Assembly (NCBI GenBank): GCA_033763455.1
Contig: JANRKO010000060.1
Location: 64,001-128,000 of the forward strand
Source of the DNA: Polyangiaceae bacterium
GTDB lineage: Bacteria > Myxococcota_A > Polyangia > Polyangiales > Polyangiaceae
Direction of reading: 5' to 3'
Length of the DNA stretch: 64,000 bases
A program made the position numbers and the translations under genes. Under the pieces are notes generated by a model, which made no database searches, had not been told where the DNA came from, and was given only the letters and a program-made list of their open reading frames with translations. This document shows, in pieces, positions 10,918 to 19,233 of this stretch (the stretch's first letter is position 1; every line of letters starts with the position of its first letter).

Positions 10918-10992
10918 AGCTCCGCCACAAGGCCCTCCAGCTCCTCGGGCGTGAGCAGAAGTGCGCGCCCTGCCATAGCCGAATTCTTGTCG
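10918..10992 (-). pseudogene. Relic of a second copy of the PH-domain membrane protein gene
   Basis: The minus strand encodes GRALLLTPEELEGLVAEL (compare ARTLLITPEEPERFVAEL at ~8385-8440) and, in another frame, RQEFGYG (compare RKEFGYG at ~8556-8575). The intervening part is deleted. Confidence 0.75.
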
Positions 10993-11104
10993 GGCTAGCG
11001 CGCCGTGCCGGTGTTGGTAGGCGTGCCCCAAGCTTCGCCCCAAAAAACCCTCATTCAGTGGCTAAAGCTGGGGCGTGGCATTGGGTATTCAGCGCGACAA
11101 ACGG

Positions 11105-11121
11105 TGTGCCATATGTGCCAT
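11105..11121 (+). promoter_or_regulatory. Putative enhancer-binding-protein site (TGTGCCA-TA-TGTGCCAT)
   Basis: Starts 89 nt upstream of the sigma54 motif at 11194 and matches the motif at 9018. Confidence 0.6.
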
Positions 11122-11193
11122 GTGCGGAGCACGAGTCAGACCGAGGTAGCGGATGAGCTCCAAAGACTCGGTAATATGCAGCAAGGCTAACGG

Positions 11194-11209
11194 CGGCACG
11201 GTGTTTGCT
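11194..11209 (+). promoter_or_regulatory. Sigma54 -24/-12 promoter
   Basis: CGGCACG-GTGT-TTGCT, with the same spacing to the ATG (11221) as in copy 1. Confidence 0.75.
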
Positions 11210-11220
11210 CGGCGGCGGCT

Positions 11221-12876
11221 ATGATTCGGACTCGACTTGGTTCTTGGCACGCACTCTTTCTGGCAGCGCTTGGGACAGCACCGTTCGGCTGCGGGGGCGC
11301 CACATCAGCGACGGACATGTCCTCGGCTTCGGGCGGAGGTGGTGCGTCAGGTGGCTCGGGCGGAAGCGATCCGGGGCGCGCGACGTGGAGCTGCACGAAT
11401 CCTATGCCGTTAACTGGAGTGGACACTGGCTATGTAAGGTGCGCTGAAGGGTACACACACCGAGCCAAGCAAGTGGCTTGCCCGTCGATTTACCCACGTT
11501 CTGGATCGCAACTGCCGGCTGACGCAACTTTTGGAGCGGGCCCGACCGGCGGCGGTGCGCTGGCCACAGGGGGCAACACGTCTGGGAGTTGGGCCGCTGG
11601 CGGTACGGGAGGAGTTCGGTTCGCTTGCGCCGAGGATGCCGATTGTAAGGAGAAGCCCAATGGGTATTGCCAGTACTATCCTGCGGTTCAGGCCCTAGGT
11701 GCCGCAGGATTGTGCGGTCCGCCGTCGTCGCCGTCTCGGACGGTGTGTAGCTACGGCTGTGTTACTGACCAGGACTGTGGATCGGGTACTATCTGCCAGT
11801 GCGGCGAGGGCATCGGAAGCTGCGTTCCGTCCACGTGTCGTACGGACGCCGATTGTGGTGAAGGTAGCTTGTGCGCGGGTGGGGTTTACGGTGAAAGTTC
11901 TATAGGGTTCTATTCCTGCCAGGTACCTGGCGATCAATGCTTTACCAACTCGCAGTGTGAGGGATACCCCTCCCGGGGAGGGTTTTGCGAGTGGATAGGG
12001 GTAAACGTCGATCGCATTCGTACCTGCGTGACGCGCCAAGTGACCCTCTGCGGACGCCCATTTTGCGTCGACAACGTGCACCGCCAGGCGAGCCCAACTG
12101 AGTCAGCGAGCTGGCTCGGATCTCCCATTTTCGTCGCCTCGGCAGACGAATTGGACGCCGTAAGTCGGCATGAGGTCGCCTCGCACTACACCGAAATAGC
12201 GCTCATGGAGCACGCATCGGTGGCGGCGTTTGCTCGCTTCTCGCTGCACTTGATGTCGATGGGAGCGCCTGCGTGGCTTCTCAGCGAAACCCAGCGCGCG
12301 ATGGGGGACGAGATAGAGCATGCAACGGCGTGCTTCGCGCTCGCCAGTAGCTATGCCGGCAGCAGCGTGGGTCCTTCGCAGCTTTGCCTGGAGGGTGCGT
12401 TTGCGGAAGTAAGTATGCTTGAGATCGTTGTTACCGCCGTGAAAGAGGCCTGTTTTGGCGAAACTGTGGCTGCCATTGAAGCGGCAGAAGCTGCCAGCGT
12501 TGCAACTGTGCCGGCTGTACGGGAGCTGTTATCGCGCATCAGCGACGATGAAACGCGGCATGCGGCGCTTGGGTGGCGTTTTCTGGCGTGGGCGTTGGAG
12601 AACGTGGGGGCTTCGACGCGTGCAGCGCTCGAGGCCTCTTTGCGGGAGCTTTTGCACGGTGAGTGTGCGGACGCCGATCGGCAGGCTCTCTCGGACACCG
12701 GCTTCAAGGCTCATGCCGCTGCCCTGAGCGCCCACGGAATTCTCTCCCCAGCGTCGCGGGCCGAGCTTAGAAGCACAGTGCTTCGGGATGTGGTCAGGCC
12801 GGTTCTGAATTCACTGCTTTCGGCAGCGAACAGTTCTGAAACGGCGTTGGTGCCGGAAGTGGCGGCGCTGTCGTAG
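11221..12876 (+). CDS. Putative lipoprotein: Gly/Cys-rich N-terminal region fused to a ferritin-like di-iron domain (copy 2)
   Basis: Paralog of 9126..10814: PFGC lipobox-like motif, CxxDxDC repeats, CGRPF, and a near-identical ferritin-like domain. Confidence 0.85.
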   Translation: MIRTRLGSWHALFLAALGTAPFGCGGATSATDMSSASGGGGASGGSGGSDPGRATWSCTNPMPLTGVDTGYVRCAEGYTHRAKQVACPSIYPRSGSQLPADATFGAGPTGGGALATGGNTSGSWAAGGTGGVRFACAEDADCKEKPNGYCQYYPAVQALGAAGLCGPPSSPSRTVCSYGCVTDQDCGSGTICQCGEGIGSCVPSTCRTDADCGEGSLCAGGVYGESSIGFYSCQVPGDQCFTNSQCEGYPSRGGFCEWIGVNVDRIRTCVTRQVTLCGRPFCVDNVHRQASPTESASWLGSPIFVASADELDAVSRHEVASHYTEIALMEHASVAAFARFSLHLMSMGAPAWLLSETQRAMGDEIEHATACFALASSYAGSSVGPSQLCLEGAFAEVSMLEIVVTAVKEACFGETVAAIEAAEAASVATVPAVRELLSRISDDETRHAALGWRFLAWALENVGASTRAALEASLRELLHGECADADRQALSDTGFKAHAAALSAHGILSPASRAELRSTVLRDVVRPVLNSLLSAANSSETALVPEVAALS

Positions 12877-12948
12877 GGTCTGATTCCTAGTACTGACAGA
12901 AGGCTAGCGTGAGACCTCGCGACGAGGCACAATTCACCAGGTACGCCA

Positions 12949-13239
12949 ATGAAGCTCTCCCGAGACCTCTCTGATCCGGATGCCCGTCCGTACTTTTTGT
13001 GGAGTGAACCGACCACCGTTGGGGAATTTCGGGACAAGCTAGCTCAAGCCGATGGAGAGGAGTGGGCGAGGTTGGTTGGCACTCTCATGCGCGAGGCGCG
13101 AGATCCAGACGTTTGGAAGTTCGTGACGCCGCAGATGGTGTGGGAGCGTTTTGAGAAGATTGATCGCTACTTGGGTAGGCGCCGTCCCTTTTGGCATTAC
13201 CTGATGAGCGCATGGCACGATGATGGATTCGTTGCCTAG
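12949..13239 (+). CDS. Small hypothetical protein, putative antitoxin partner of the downstream AbiEii-like gene
   Basis: 96 aa with an RPYFLWSE motif. Overlaps the start of the nucleotidyltransferase gene by 20 nt. Confidence 0.65.
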   Translation: MKLSRDLSDPDARPYFLWSEPTTVGEFRDKLAQADGEEWARLVGTLMREARDPDVWKFVTPQMVWERFEKIDRYLGRRRPFWHYLMSAWHDDGFVA

Positions 13240-13867
13240 CGGGCTCAGTCCGCTGCAGATGTTGGTCATCGCCCAGTTGCAGGCGAGAGCGACCAATTTC
13301 TTCCTTACCGGCGGTGGAGTCCTCGTGGGCTGGGTGCTACACCATCGAGAAACTGAAGATTTGGATCTCTTCACGGATAGCGACGAAACAATGGCTGAGG
13401 CGGACCGGCTCGCTCGGGGTGTTTCGGCCGCTATTGGTGCCGACATTGAAAGTCTTGTCGCCGCACCAGACTTCAAACGCTTCCTCCTCACTCGGGGCAA
13501 CGAAGCCGTTAAGCTGGATTTTGTGCGCGATCGAGCTCCGCAGCTGCGCGCGAAGGTTGCCGTCAGCGGGCTACTCATGGATCCTGTGGAAGAGATCCTC
13601 ATCAACAAGTTGTGTGCATTGGCGGGCCGAGCGGAAGTTCGTGACCTGGTCGATTTGCAATGTCTGGCGGATGCCGGTTACGATATTCTCAAGTTTCTTC
13701 CCGAGGCCGAATTGAAGGATGCTGGTGCAACGCCGGCGACTCTCGCCTGGTTGCTCTCGACGCTCAGGATCCCGGACGAAGTTCCCGGTCCACATTCGAG
13801 TGATGAATTGCGGAGGTTTGCCAAAGGCCTAGAAGCCAAGCTGAGGGCCCTCGCCGCACCTCGTTGA
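13220..13867 (+). CDS. AbiEii/AbiGii-family nucleotidyltransferase (type IV TA toxin-like)
   Basis: FFLTGGGVL...HHRETEDLDLF (GG...DxD) and KLCALAGRAEVRDLVDL (KxxAxxxR...RDxxD). Confidence 0.85.
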   Translation: MMDSLPSGLSPLQMLVIAQLQARATNFFLTGGGVLVGWVLHHRETEDLDLFTDSDETMAEADRLARGVSAAIGADIESLVAAPDFKRFLLTRGNEAVKLDFVRDRAPQLRAKVAVSGLLMDPVEEILINKLCALAGRAEVRDLVDLQCLADAGYDILKFLPEAELKDAGATPATLAWLLSTLRIPDEVPGPHSSDELRRFAKGLEAKLRALAAPR

Positions 13868-14041
13868 ATTGTTCCTGCCTGGCCCTCGCCGCAACAAAAT
13901 CCTTCGACCAAAGCCGCCCCGTATCCGCTTGAGACTTCGGTCGTTGAGCGCCCGATATCCAGCAGCCCTGGACAGACTTCGGCTGGAATTGGCCCGTGAG
14001 CTTGCACTCTTCGGGTTGCCGAGCTAGCGATGCGCCGGCTT

Positions 14042-15868
14042 ATGGCACTCGTTCCCCGCACCGACCTAAGAAATATCGCCATCATCGCACACGTCGATCA
14101 TGGAAAGACAACGCTTGTGGACGCCATGTTGCGCCAGACCGGCGTCTTCCGAAGCAACGAGGTTGTGAAGGACCGCGTGATGGATAGCGGAGACTTGGAG
14201 CGTGAGCGTGGGATCACGATCTTAGCGAAGCACTGCAGCATCACTTACAAGGGCACCACGATCAACATCATCGATACGCCGGGCCATGCTGATTTCGGCG
14301 GCGAGGTGGAGCGCACGTTGAAGATGGCCGACGGTGCGCTTCTGCTCGTTGATGCCGCCGAGGGCCCGCTGCCACAAACGCGGTTTGTGTTGGGGAAAGC
14401 TTTGGAGCTCAAGCTGCCCATTATTGTTGTTGTCAATAAGATCGATCGCCACGACGCACGTCCAGAGGACGTGATGACAGAGGTTTTCGATCTCTTCTGT
14501 GAGCTTGAAGCCAACGACGAGCAGGCAGATTTTGCGACGATCTTCGCGATTGGCAAAGAGGGCGTTGCCCAACGCACCCTCACTGAAAAAGGAACAGACC
14601 TAACGCCGCTTATGGATACTATCCTGGAGCGAGTTAAGCCCCCGAATGCCGATGATGAAGCGCCGCTTCAGATGTTGGTACACAATATTGACCACGATGA
14701 ATACGTGGGCCGTTTGGGTATTGGTCGCGTCTACCGCGGGACCGCCAAAGTGGGCCAAACCATCAAGCTTCTGGGGTCGGAATCCGCCACCTCGCAGCGC
14801 ATTGTAAGTATTTTTAGCTACATCGGCACCAAGCGCACCAAGGTGGAGAGCGCACGCGGTGGCGATATCGTCGCTATCTCCGGTATGGATGATGTCCAGA
14901 TTGGCGACACGCTTGCCGATCCGTTGAACCCCGAAGCTTTACCGCGCATCGCCGTGGAAGAGCCGACGATGAAGGTTCGGTTCATGGTGAGCACTTCGCC
15001 ATTTGCTGGAAAAAGCGGCAAGTGGGTAACCTCCCGCCACCTGCGCGAGCGCCTGGAGAAGGAGGGACACCGAAACCTAGCGTTGCGTTTTGAACCCACT
15101 GACGAGCCCGACACGTTCATTGTTTACGGGCGTGGTGAGCTTATGTTGGCGGTGCTCGCAGAGACGATTCGCCGCGAAGGCTACGAATTTTGCCTTGGGA
15201 TGCCAGAAATTGTGACCAAAGAGGTCGACGGCAAGCTGTGTGAACCGGTGGAGCTCGTGGTGGTGGATGTGCCGGACGAATTCATTGGCGCGGTGACGAC
15301 CCGTTTGGGTGAACGAAAGGGCCAGATGACCAAGCTCACGAGCCTTGGTTTTGGCCGCACGCGCGCTGAATTTCGAGTGCGTTCGCGTGGGCTTATCGGA
15401 TTTCGTTCGGCCTTCCTTACCGAGACGCGCGGAACGGGCCTTTTGAATACGATGTTTGACGGCTGGGAACCCTACGGCGGGCCGATGCTGCGTCGTCCGA
15501 ACGGAGCCATGGTGTCCGATCGTGCTGGCGTCACTACGCCCTACGCGCTTTTTCACCTTCAGCCCCGAGGCACCCTTTTCGTTACTTCCGGAGTGGGCGT
15601 GTATGAGGGAATGATCATCGGCGAGCACAATCGCAGCAATGATCTTGATGTAAATGCGGTGCGTGAAAAGAAGCTCACCAACATTCGTGCGGCTGGCAAA
15701 GATGAGAACGTTGTCTTGACGCCTCCCCGGCCACTCACCATCGATCTTGCCATGGAGTTTATCGACCGCGACGAGCTGGTGGAGGTAACTCCCGATGCGG
15801 TGAGGCTGCGCAAAGTCGTGCTCACTGCCAATCGACGGCCACGCCGCGAAGACGCCGACAATTCCTAA
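14042..15868 (+). CDS. typA: Translational GTPase TypA/BipA
   Basis: LRNIAIIAHVDHGKTTLVD, ERERGITILAK, DTPGHADFGGEVER, NKID, GRGEL, KKLTNIRA, ELVEVTP. The ATG is at 14042. Confidence 0.97.
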   Translation: MALVPRTDLRNIAIIAHVDHGKTTLVDAMLRQTGVFRSNEVVKDRVMDSGDLERERGITILAKHCSITYKGTTINIIDTPGHADFGGEVERTLKMADGALLLVDAAEGPLPQTRFVLGKALELKLPIIVVVNKIDRHDARPEDVMTEVFDLFCELEANDEQADFATIFAIGKEGVAQRTLTEKGTDLTPLMDTILERVKPPNADDEAPLQMLVHNIDHDEYVGRLGIGRVYRGTAKVGQTIKLLGSESATSQRIVSIFSYIGTKRTKVESARGGDIVAISGMDDVQIGDTLADPLNPEALPRIAVEEPTMKVRFMVSTSPFAGKSGKWVTSRHLRERLEKEGHRNLALRFEPTDEPDTFIVYGRGELMLAVLAETIRREGYEFCLGMPEIVTKEVDGKLCEPVELVVVDVPDEFIGAVTTRLGERKGQMTKLTSLGFGRTRAEFRVRSRGLIGFRSAFLTETRGTGLLNTMFDGWEPYGGPMLRRPNGAMVSDRAGVTTPYALFHLQPRGTLFVTSGVGVYEGMIIGEHNRSNDLDVNAVREKKLTNIRAAGKDENVVLTPPRPLTIDLAMEFIDRDELVEVTPDAVRLRKVVLTANRRPRREDADNS

Positions 15869-15871
15869 GCG

Positions 15872-16747
15872 CTAAAGGCGCCGGCTCTTCCTTGAAGCAC
15901 TCTTTTTAGAAGGGTGCTTCAGATCTTTTGTGCTCACCAAGAGCTCTTCCACCACACCGCGGCCACCGCCGTTGCTGTTGATGGAGCGGCGGGCTCGGAC
16001 CAGCCGGTAGCGAAAATCCTCATAGAGCGCCTGCGTTTCCGGGGTTGAGGAATTGGAGAGTACGGCAGAAATCCCCCGCCGGGCGAGCTGGCTAAAAAGC
16101 TTGGAAAGGCGTTCGTGCTCTTCGAGGGCGAAGCTATCCGCGTGGTAGCTCGTGAAATTCGACGTTTTTGATACAGGGACATACGGCGGATCGAGGTAAA
16201 TGGCGTCCCCCTTTTTGGCCTCACGGCAGACCTCTTCGAAATCCAAATTTCGGATCTCTGCCTTTTGCAGCAAGAGGGCGCACGCTCGCAGGTTCCCGGC
16301 ATCACAGATTTTCGGGTTCTTGTAACGGCCAAAGGGCACGTTGAAGCCACCCTTGCTGTTCACGCGATAAAGGCCGTTGTACCCCGTCTTGTTGAGGTAC
16401 ATGAGCCGCGCTGCCCGCGCAAAACGGTCCTTCGGCGTTGAGGCCCGCACGGCATAGTAGAAGGCTTCGCTGTGCTGATCTTGCATGTCAGTAAGGCGCG
16501 AAATGAGCTTCTCCACGTCCTCCTGGAGTGCCCTATATACAGCTACAAGCTCTCGATTTTTGTCGGATAGCACCGCCTTCTTAAAGCGATTTTGCGCCGC
16601 GAGCTCGAAGAATACGGCCGCTCCGCCCATGAACGGCTCGTAATAGGTGTTAACGCGTTCCGGCAAGAGCGGAAGGATCTCCCCCAACAACTGGGTTTTG
16701 CCTCCGGCCCACTTCAGCACGGGTCGACGCCTTCCGGTCTGCATCAC
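15872..16747 (-). CDS. DNA adenine methyltransferase, D12/Dam class (orphan)
   Basis: LKWAGGK, YYEPFMGGAAVFF, YNGLYRVNSKGGFNVPFG, YLDPPY. No adjacent restriction endonuclease gene. Confidence 0.93.
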   Translation of the reverse strand: MMQTGRRRPVLKWAGGKTQLLGEILPLLPERVNTYYEPFMGGAAVFFELAAQNRFKKAVLSDKNRELVAVYRALQEDVEKLISRLTDMQDQHSEAFYYAVRASTPKDRFARAARLMYLNKTGYNGLYRVNSKGGFNVPFGRYKNPKICDAGNLRACALLLQKAEIRNLDFEEVCREAKKGDAIYLDPPYVPVSKTSNFTSYHADSFALEEHERLSKLFSQLARRGISAVLSNSSTPETQALYEDFRYRLVRARRSINSNGGGRGVVEELLVSTKDLKHPSKKSASRKSRRL

Positions 16748-16807
16748 AAACTTGGGTGATTACCCCGTTCCTTCGAGCCGTGTCTAGGTGGCGTCAGGAA
16801 AACCGGT

Positions 16808-18145
16808 CTAGTCCGAACCCACGAGCACGCTCACTTCGTACGGAAAGGCCGGCGGAGTTCCGCTGCCACGAAGGAACACGCGCGCGTGGTCTTGCGAGCC
16901 GCGATCCAAGTCAAAAGCAGCGCTACAACGGGCGTTGGCAAGGACTTGGGCAAGAGCGAGGCTTGAGTCTTGGTGGGTGTGCGCTAGCAATAGGGAGCCC
17001 CCCGGTTGTGCACAGAGGGCTCCGCGTTCGCGGAGCGTGCCGTGACTCCGAGCCATAGCCGTAGGTTCGCCGAAGCTCACGACAAGAGGAAGCTGGACCA
17101 ATTCTTCGTTGGGGGAGAGCTCCGGGCGAGTTCCAGCTGGCAACAGTCCAAACCGTCTTCCATCCGTGATCTTCAAAGTGGGGTAGCTCACTCGAAATGG
17201 GAGGTATGTGTTCCCACTTGCCCCGAGGCCGTAGCGCGTGCCAACGCTGGTACGCCCCAACGTGATGACGACGGCCACACGTGCCTGTTCACTCGGTGTG
17301 AGGTTGACACGTTCGCCGGGGAATGGCTCCGAAATTCCGGGGAGGATTCGCCAGCGGAAGGTTTGCGCGTCGATCGTGGTGAGCTCAACTTTTATGGCAC
17401 CCGTCTGCTCCGTGCGTTTCCACACTCGGGCTTTGGCACGCGGATCTGAAAGCAAAACTGGTATGCCTAGAGCCTTCAGCACAGCCTTTTCGCGAGTTCC
17501 AGGCAGCTCCACAACTTCTTCGCTCCTGGCAGGGAATGGCGTTAAAGGAAGCTCTAGCGCGGGGCCGTCACCAGCTTTCAATCGCAACTCGTGTGGCAGG
17601 AGCTGTGCGGTAACTTCTTCTACCTGCAGGCGAAACGAAACGCGGTATTGGTCAAGCACCTTGAGGCTATACGGGGGGACGCTGCAGGCAAGCAGCGCGG
17701 AAGCGAAGCGCACCAGGCGTGTGGCAACCACTTGCTCTCCGGTGATCACGAAGGCCGCGTGGGTTCCGTTTGAAAGTAGATGTGCGTCGTCCTCGTGCGG
17801 GCTCTCGGTGATATTTGCAGGCGTGCCAACGCTCCTGACCCGCCCATCGGGCAATACGCGTGCACAGGTTGCGAAGACGTCTCTCGGTCCTTCGTGACCG
17901 GGAGACGCCGCGAAAAGTACCACTCGGCCGAACAAGTAGTCCCCCAGCGCTCCCGAAGAAGGAGCCCAAACGATTTCGTCGCGTTCGACCTTTGCGGATA
18001 CCGCCTCCCCCAGAGATAGAGCGAGGGCCGAGAGATCCGCCGAGGCACCCACCACGCCTGCTCTCGGAGCCCAGGCTGCCAATAGAGCCGCGAACCCGAC
18101 CACACAGGCCTTCGGTAACAGGAGACCTCGGCGACCTTTCATCAA
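16808..18145 (-). CDS. Hypothetical exported or membrane-anchored protein; C-terminus resembles a degenerate phosphodiester-glycosidase (NAGPA-like) domain
   Basis: N-terminal hydrophobic segment. RGALC...ARCSAAFDLDRGS resembles the R(T/S)AIG...GCxxAxNLDGGGS motif. Confidence 0.6.
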   Translation of the reverse strand: MMKGRRGLLLPKACVVGFAALLAAWAPRAGVVGASADLSALALSLGEAVSAKVERDEIVWAPSSGALGDYLFGRVVLFAASPGHEGPRDVFATCARVLPDGRVRSVGTPANITESPHEDDAHLLSNGTHAAFVITGEQVVATRLVRFASALLACSVPPYSLKVLDQYRVSFRLQVEEVTAQLLPHELRLKAGDGPALELPLTPFPARSEEVVELPGTREKAVLKALGIPVLLSDPRAKARVWKRTEQTGAIKVELTTIDAQTFRWRILPGISEPFPGERVNLTPSEQARVAVVITLGRTSVGTRYGLGASGNTYLPFRVSYPTLKITDGRRFGLLPAGTRPELSPNEELVQLPLVVSFGEPTAMARSHGTLRERGALCAQPGGSLLLAHTHQDSSLALAQVLANARCSAAFDLDRGSQDHARVFLRGSGTPPAFPYEVSVLVGSD

Positions 18146-18263
18146 CTTGGCTCCAGGTAGCCAGCCCGTGAGCCCCTCGCAAGTGTTGGGGGGAGGACCG
18201 GCCTAAAGCCACGCGCTCGGGCTTGTGACCCGGGCGAGCGGCTGATAACGCTACGGACCACTT

Positions 18264-19097
18264 GTGGCGAGCAGCAACCTCGTAGTCCGCGTAGTAACGG
18301 CTCTGACGGCAATTCCCTTGCTCGTGCTGCTCCTTTTCTGGGGGCCAGTCTGGGGCTTTGCGGCGCTGTTGTTCCTCTCAATAGGGCTTGCAGCGAGTGA
18401 ATTCTTCGCGATGACTCACCCTGGGGATCGCGTGGCTCAGGCCGTGGGGGTGCTGAGCACGGTTGGCACAGGGGTGTGCTTCTACTTGTTTTCATCCAAC
18501 GCTAAGGTGTTGGTGCTTCTTTTCATGCTCGTGCCGATCGTAGGCATGTTGGTCCCCCTTTGGCGCTTGGGGGAGGTGCAGACCGCGGCGTTGCGGGCGC
18601 TCGCGGGCGTGGCGGGCCCCTTCTACATCGGCGTTTTGCTGTCGACGTTGGGATTGATGCGGAGAGATCTTGGGGAAGTTGGCCCCGGCTATGTCGTGCT
18701 AACGCTTACGATCGCCTGGGTGGGTGATACCGGCGGCTATTTTGGAGGGCGCTTTTTTGGCAAGACCAAGCTGTATGAGTTGGTGAGTCCGAAGAAGACT
18801 CGGGAAGGCCTGGTGGGTGTCGTGCTGGGAGCGCTTGTGGCCGGAGCCATTGCGCATTTCTCGTATCTCCCCGAGATCCCGTTGTGGCACGTCCTCGTGC
18901 TTTCCGCGGTTGCCGGGGTGTTGGGTCAATTGGGGGATCTTGTGGAATCCTTGTTCAAACGTGCCACGGGTATCAAAGATTCAGGGCGGATTGTTCCCGG
19001 GCACGGAGGGTTGCTCGATCGGATCGATGCGGTGCTGATAGTGGGCCCCGCCGTCTATATTTACGCGATTTGGTTCGGCGCCAACGCAGGCTTCTGA
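18264..19097 (+). CDS. cdsA: Phosphatidate cytidylyltransferase
   Basis: Multi-TM protein with DTGGYFGGRFFGK, SPKKTREG and GDLVESLFKRATGIKDSGRIVPGHGGLLDRID. Confidence 0.96.
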   Translation: MASSNLVVRVVTALTAIPLLVLLLFWGPVWGFAALLFLSIGLAASEFFAMTHPGDRVAQAVGVLSTVGTGVCFYLFSSNAKVLVLLFMLVPIVGMLVPLWRLGEVQTAALRALAGVAGPFYIGVLLSTLGLMRRDLGEVGPGYVVLTLTIAWVGDTGGYFGGRFFGKTKLYELVSPKKTREGLVGVVLGALVAGAIAHFSYLPEIPLWHVLVLSAVAGVLGQLGDLVESLFKRATGIKDSGRIVPGHGGLLDRIDAVLIVGPAVYIYAIWFGANAGF

Positions 19098-19233
19098 GCA
19101 CGAATGTCGCACAGTTAGCGGCTGGGGCGATACCTCCGGGAGGGGGAGCTGAACAAAAGCAATGGAGCACAAAAGCAAACGAGCCATCGTCTTTCGATGG
19201 CTCGTACCGGAGGTTAGGTTGAGAAAAAGAATC

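Noticed and set aside
13846..13893. 13-bp direct repeat GGCCCTCGCCGCA around the AbiEii-like stop as a possible att or target-site duplication
   Set aside because: GC-rich and short, both copies lie on the same side of the module, and no integrase or transposase is nearby.
13990..14006. Sigma54-like motif upstream of typA (TGGCCCGTGAGCTTGC)
   Set aside because: The GG-to-GC spacing is 11 nt rather than the required 10.
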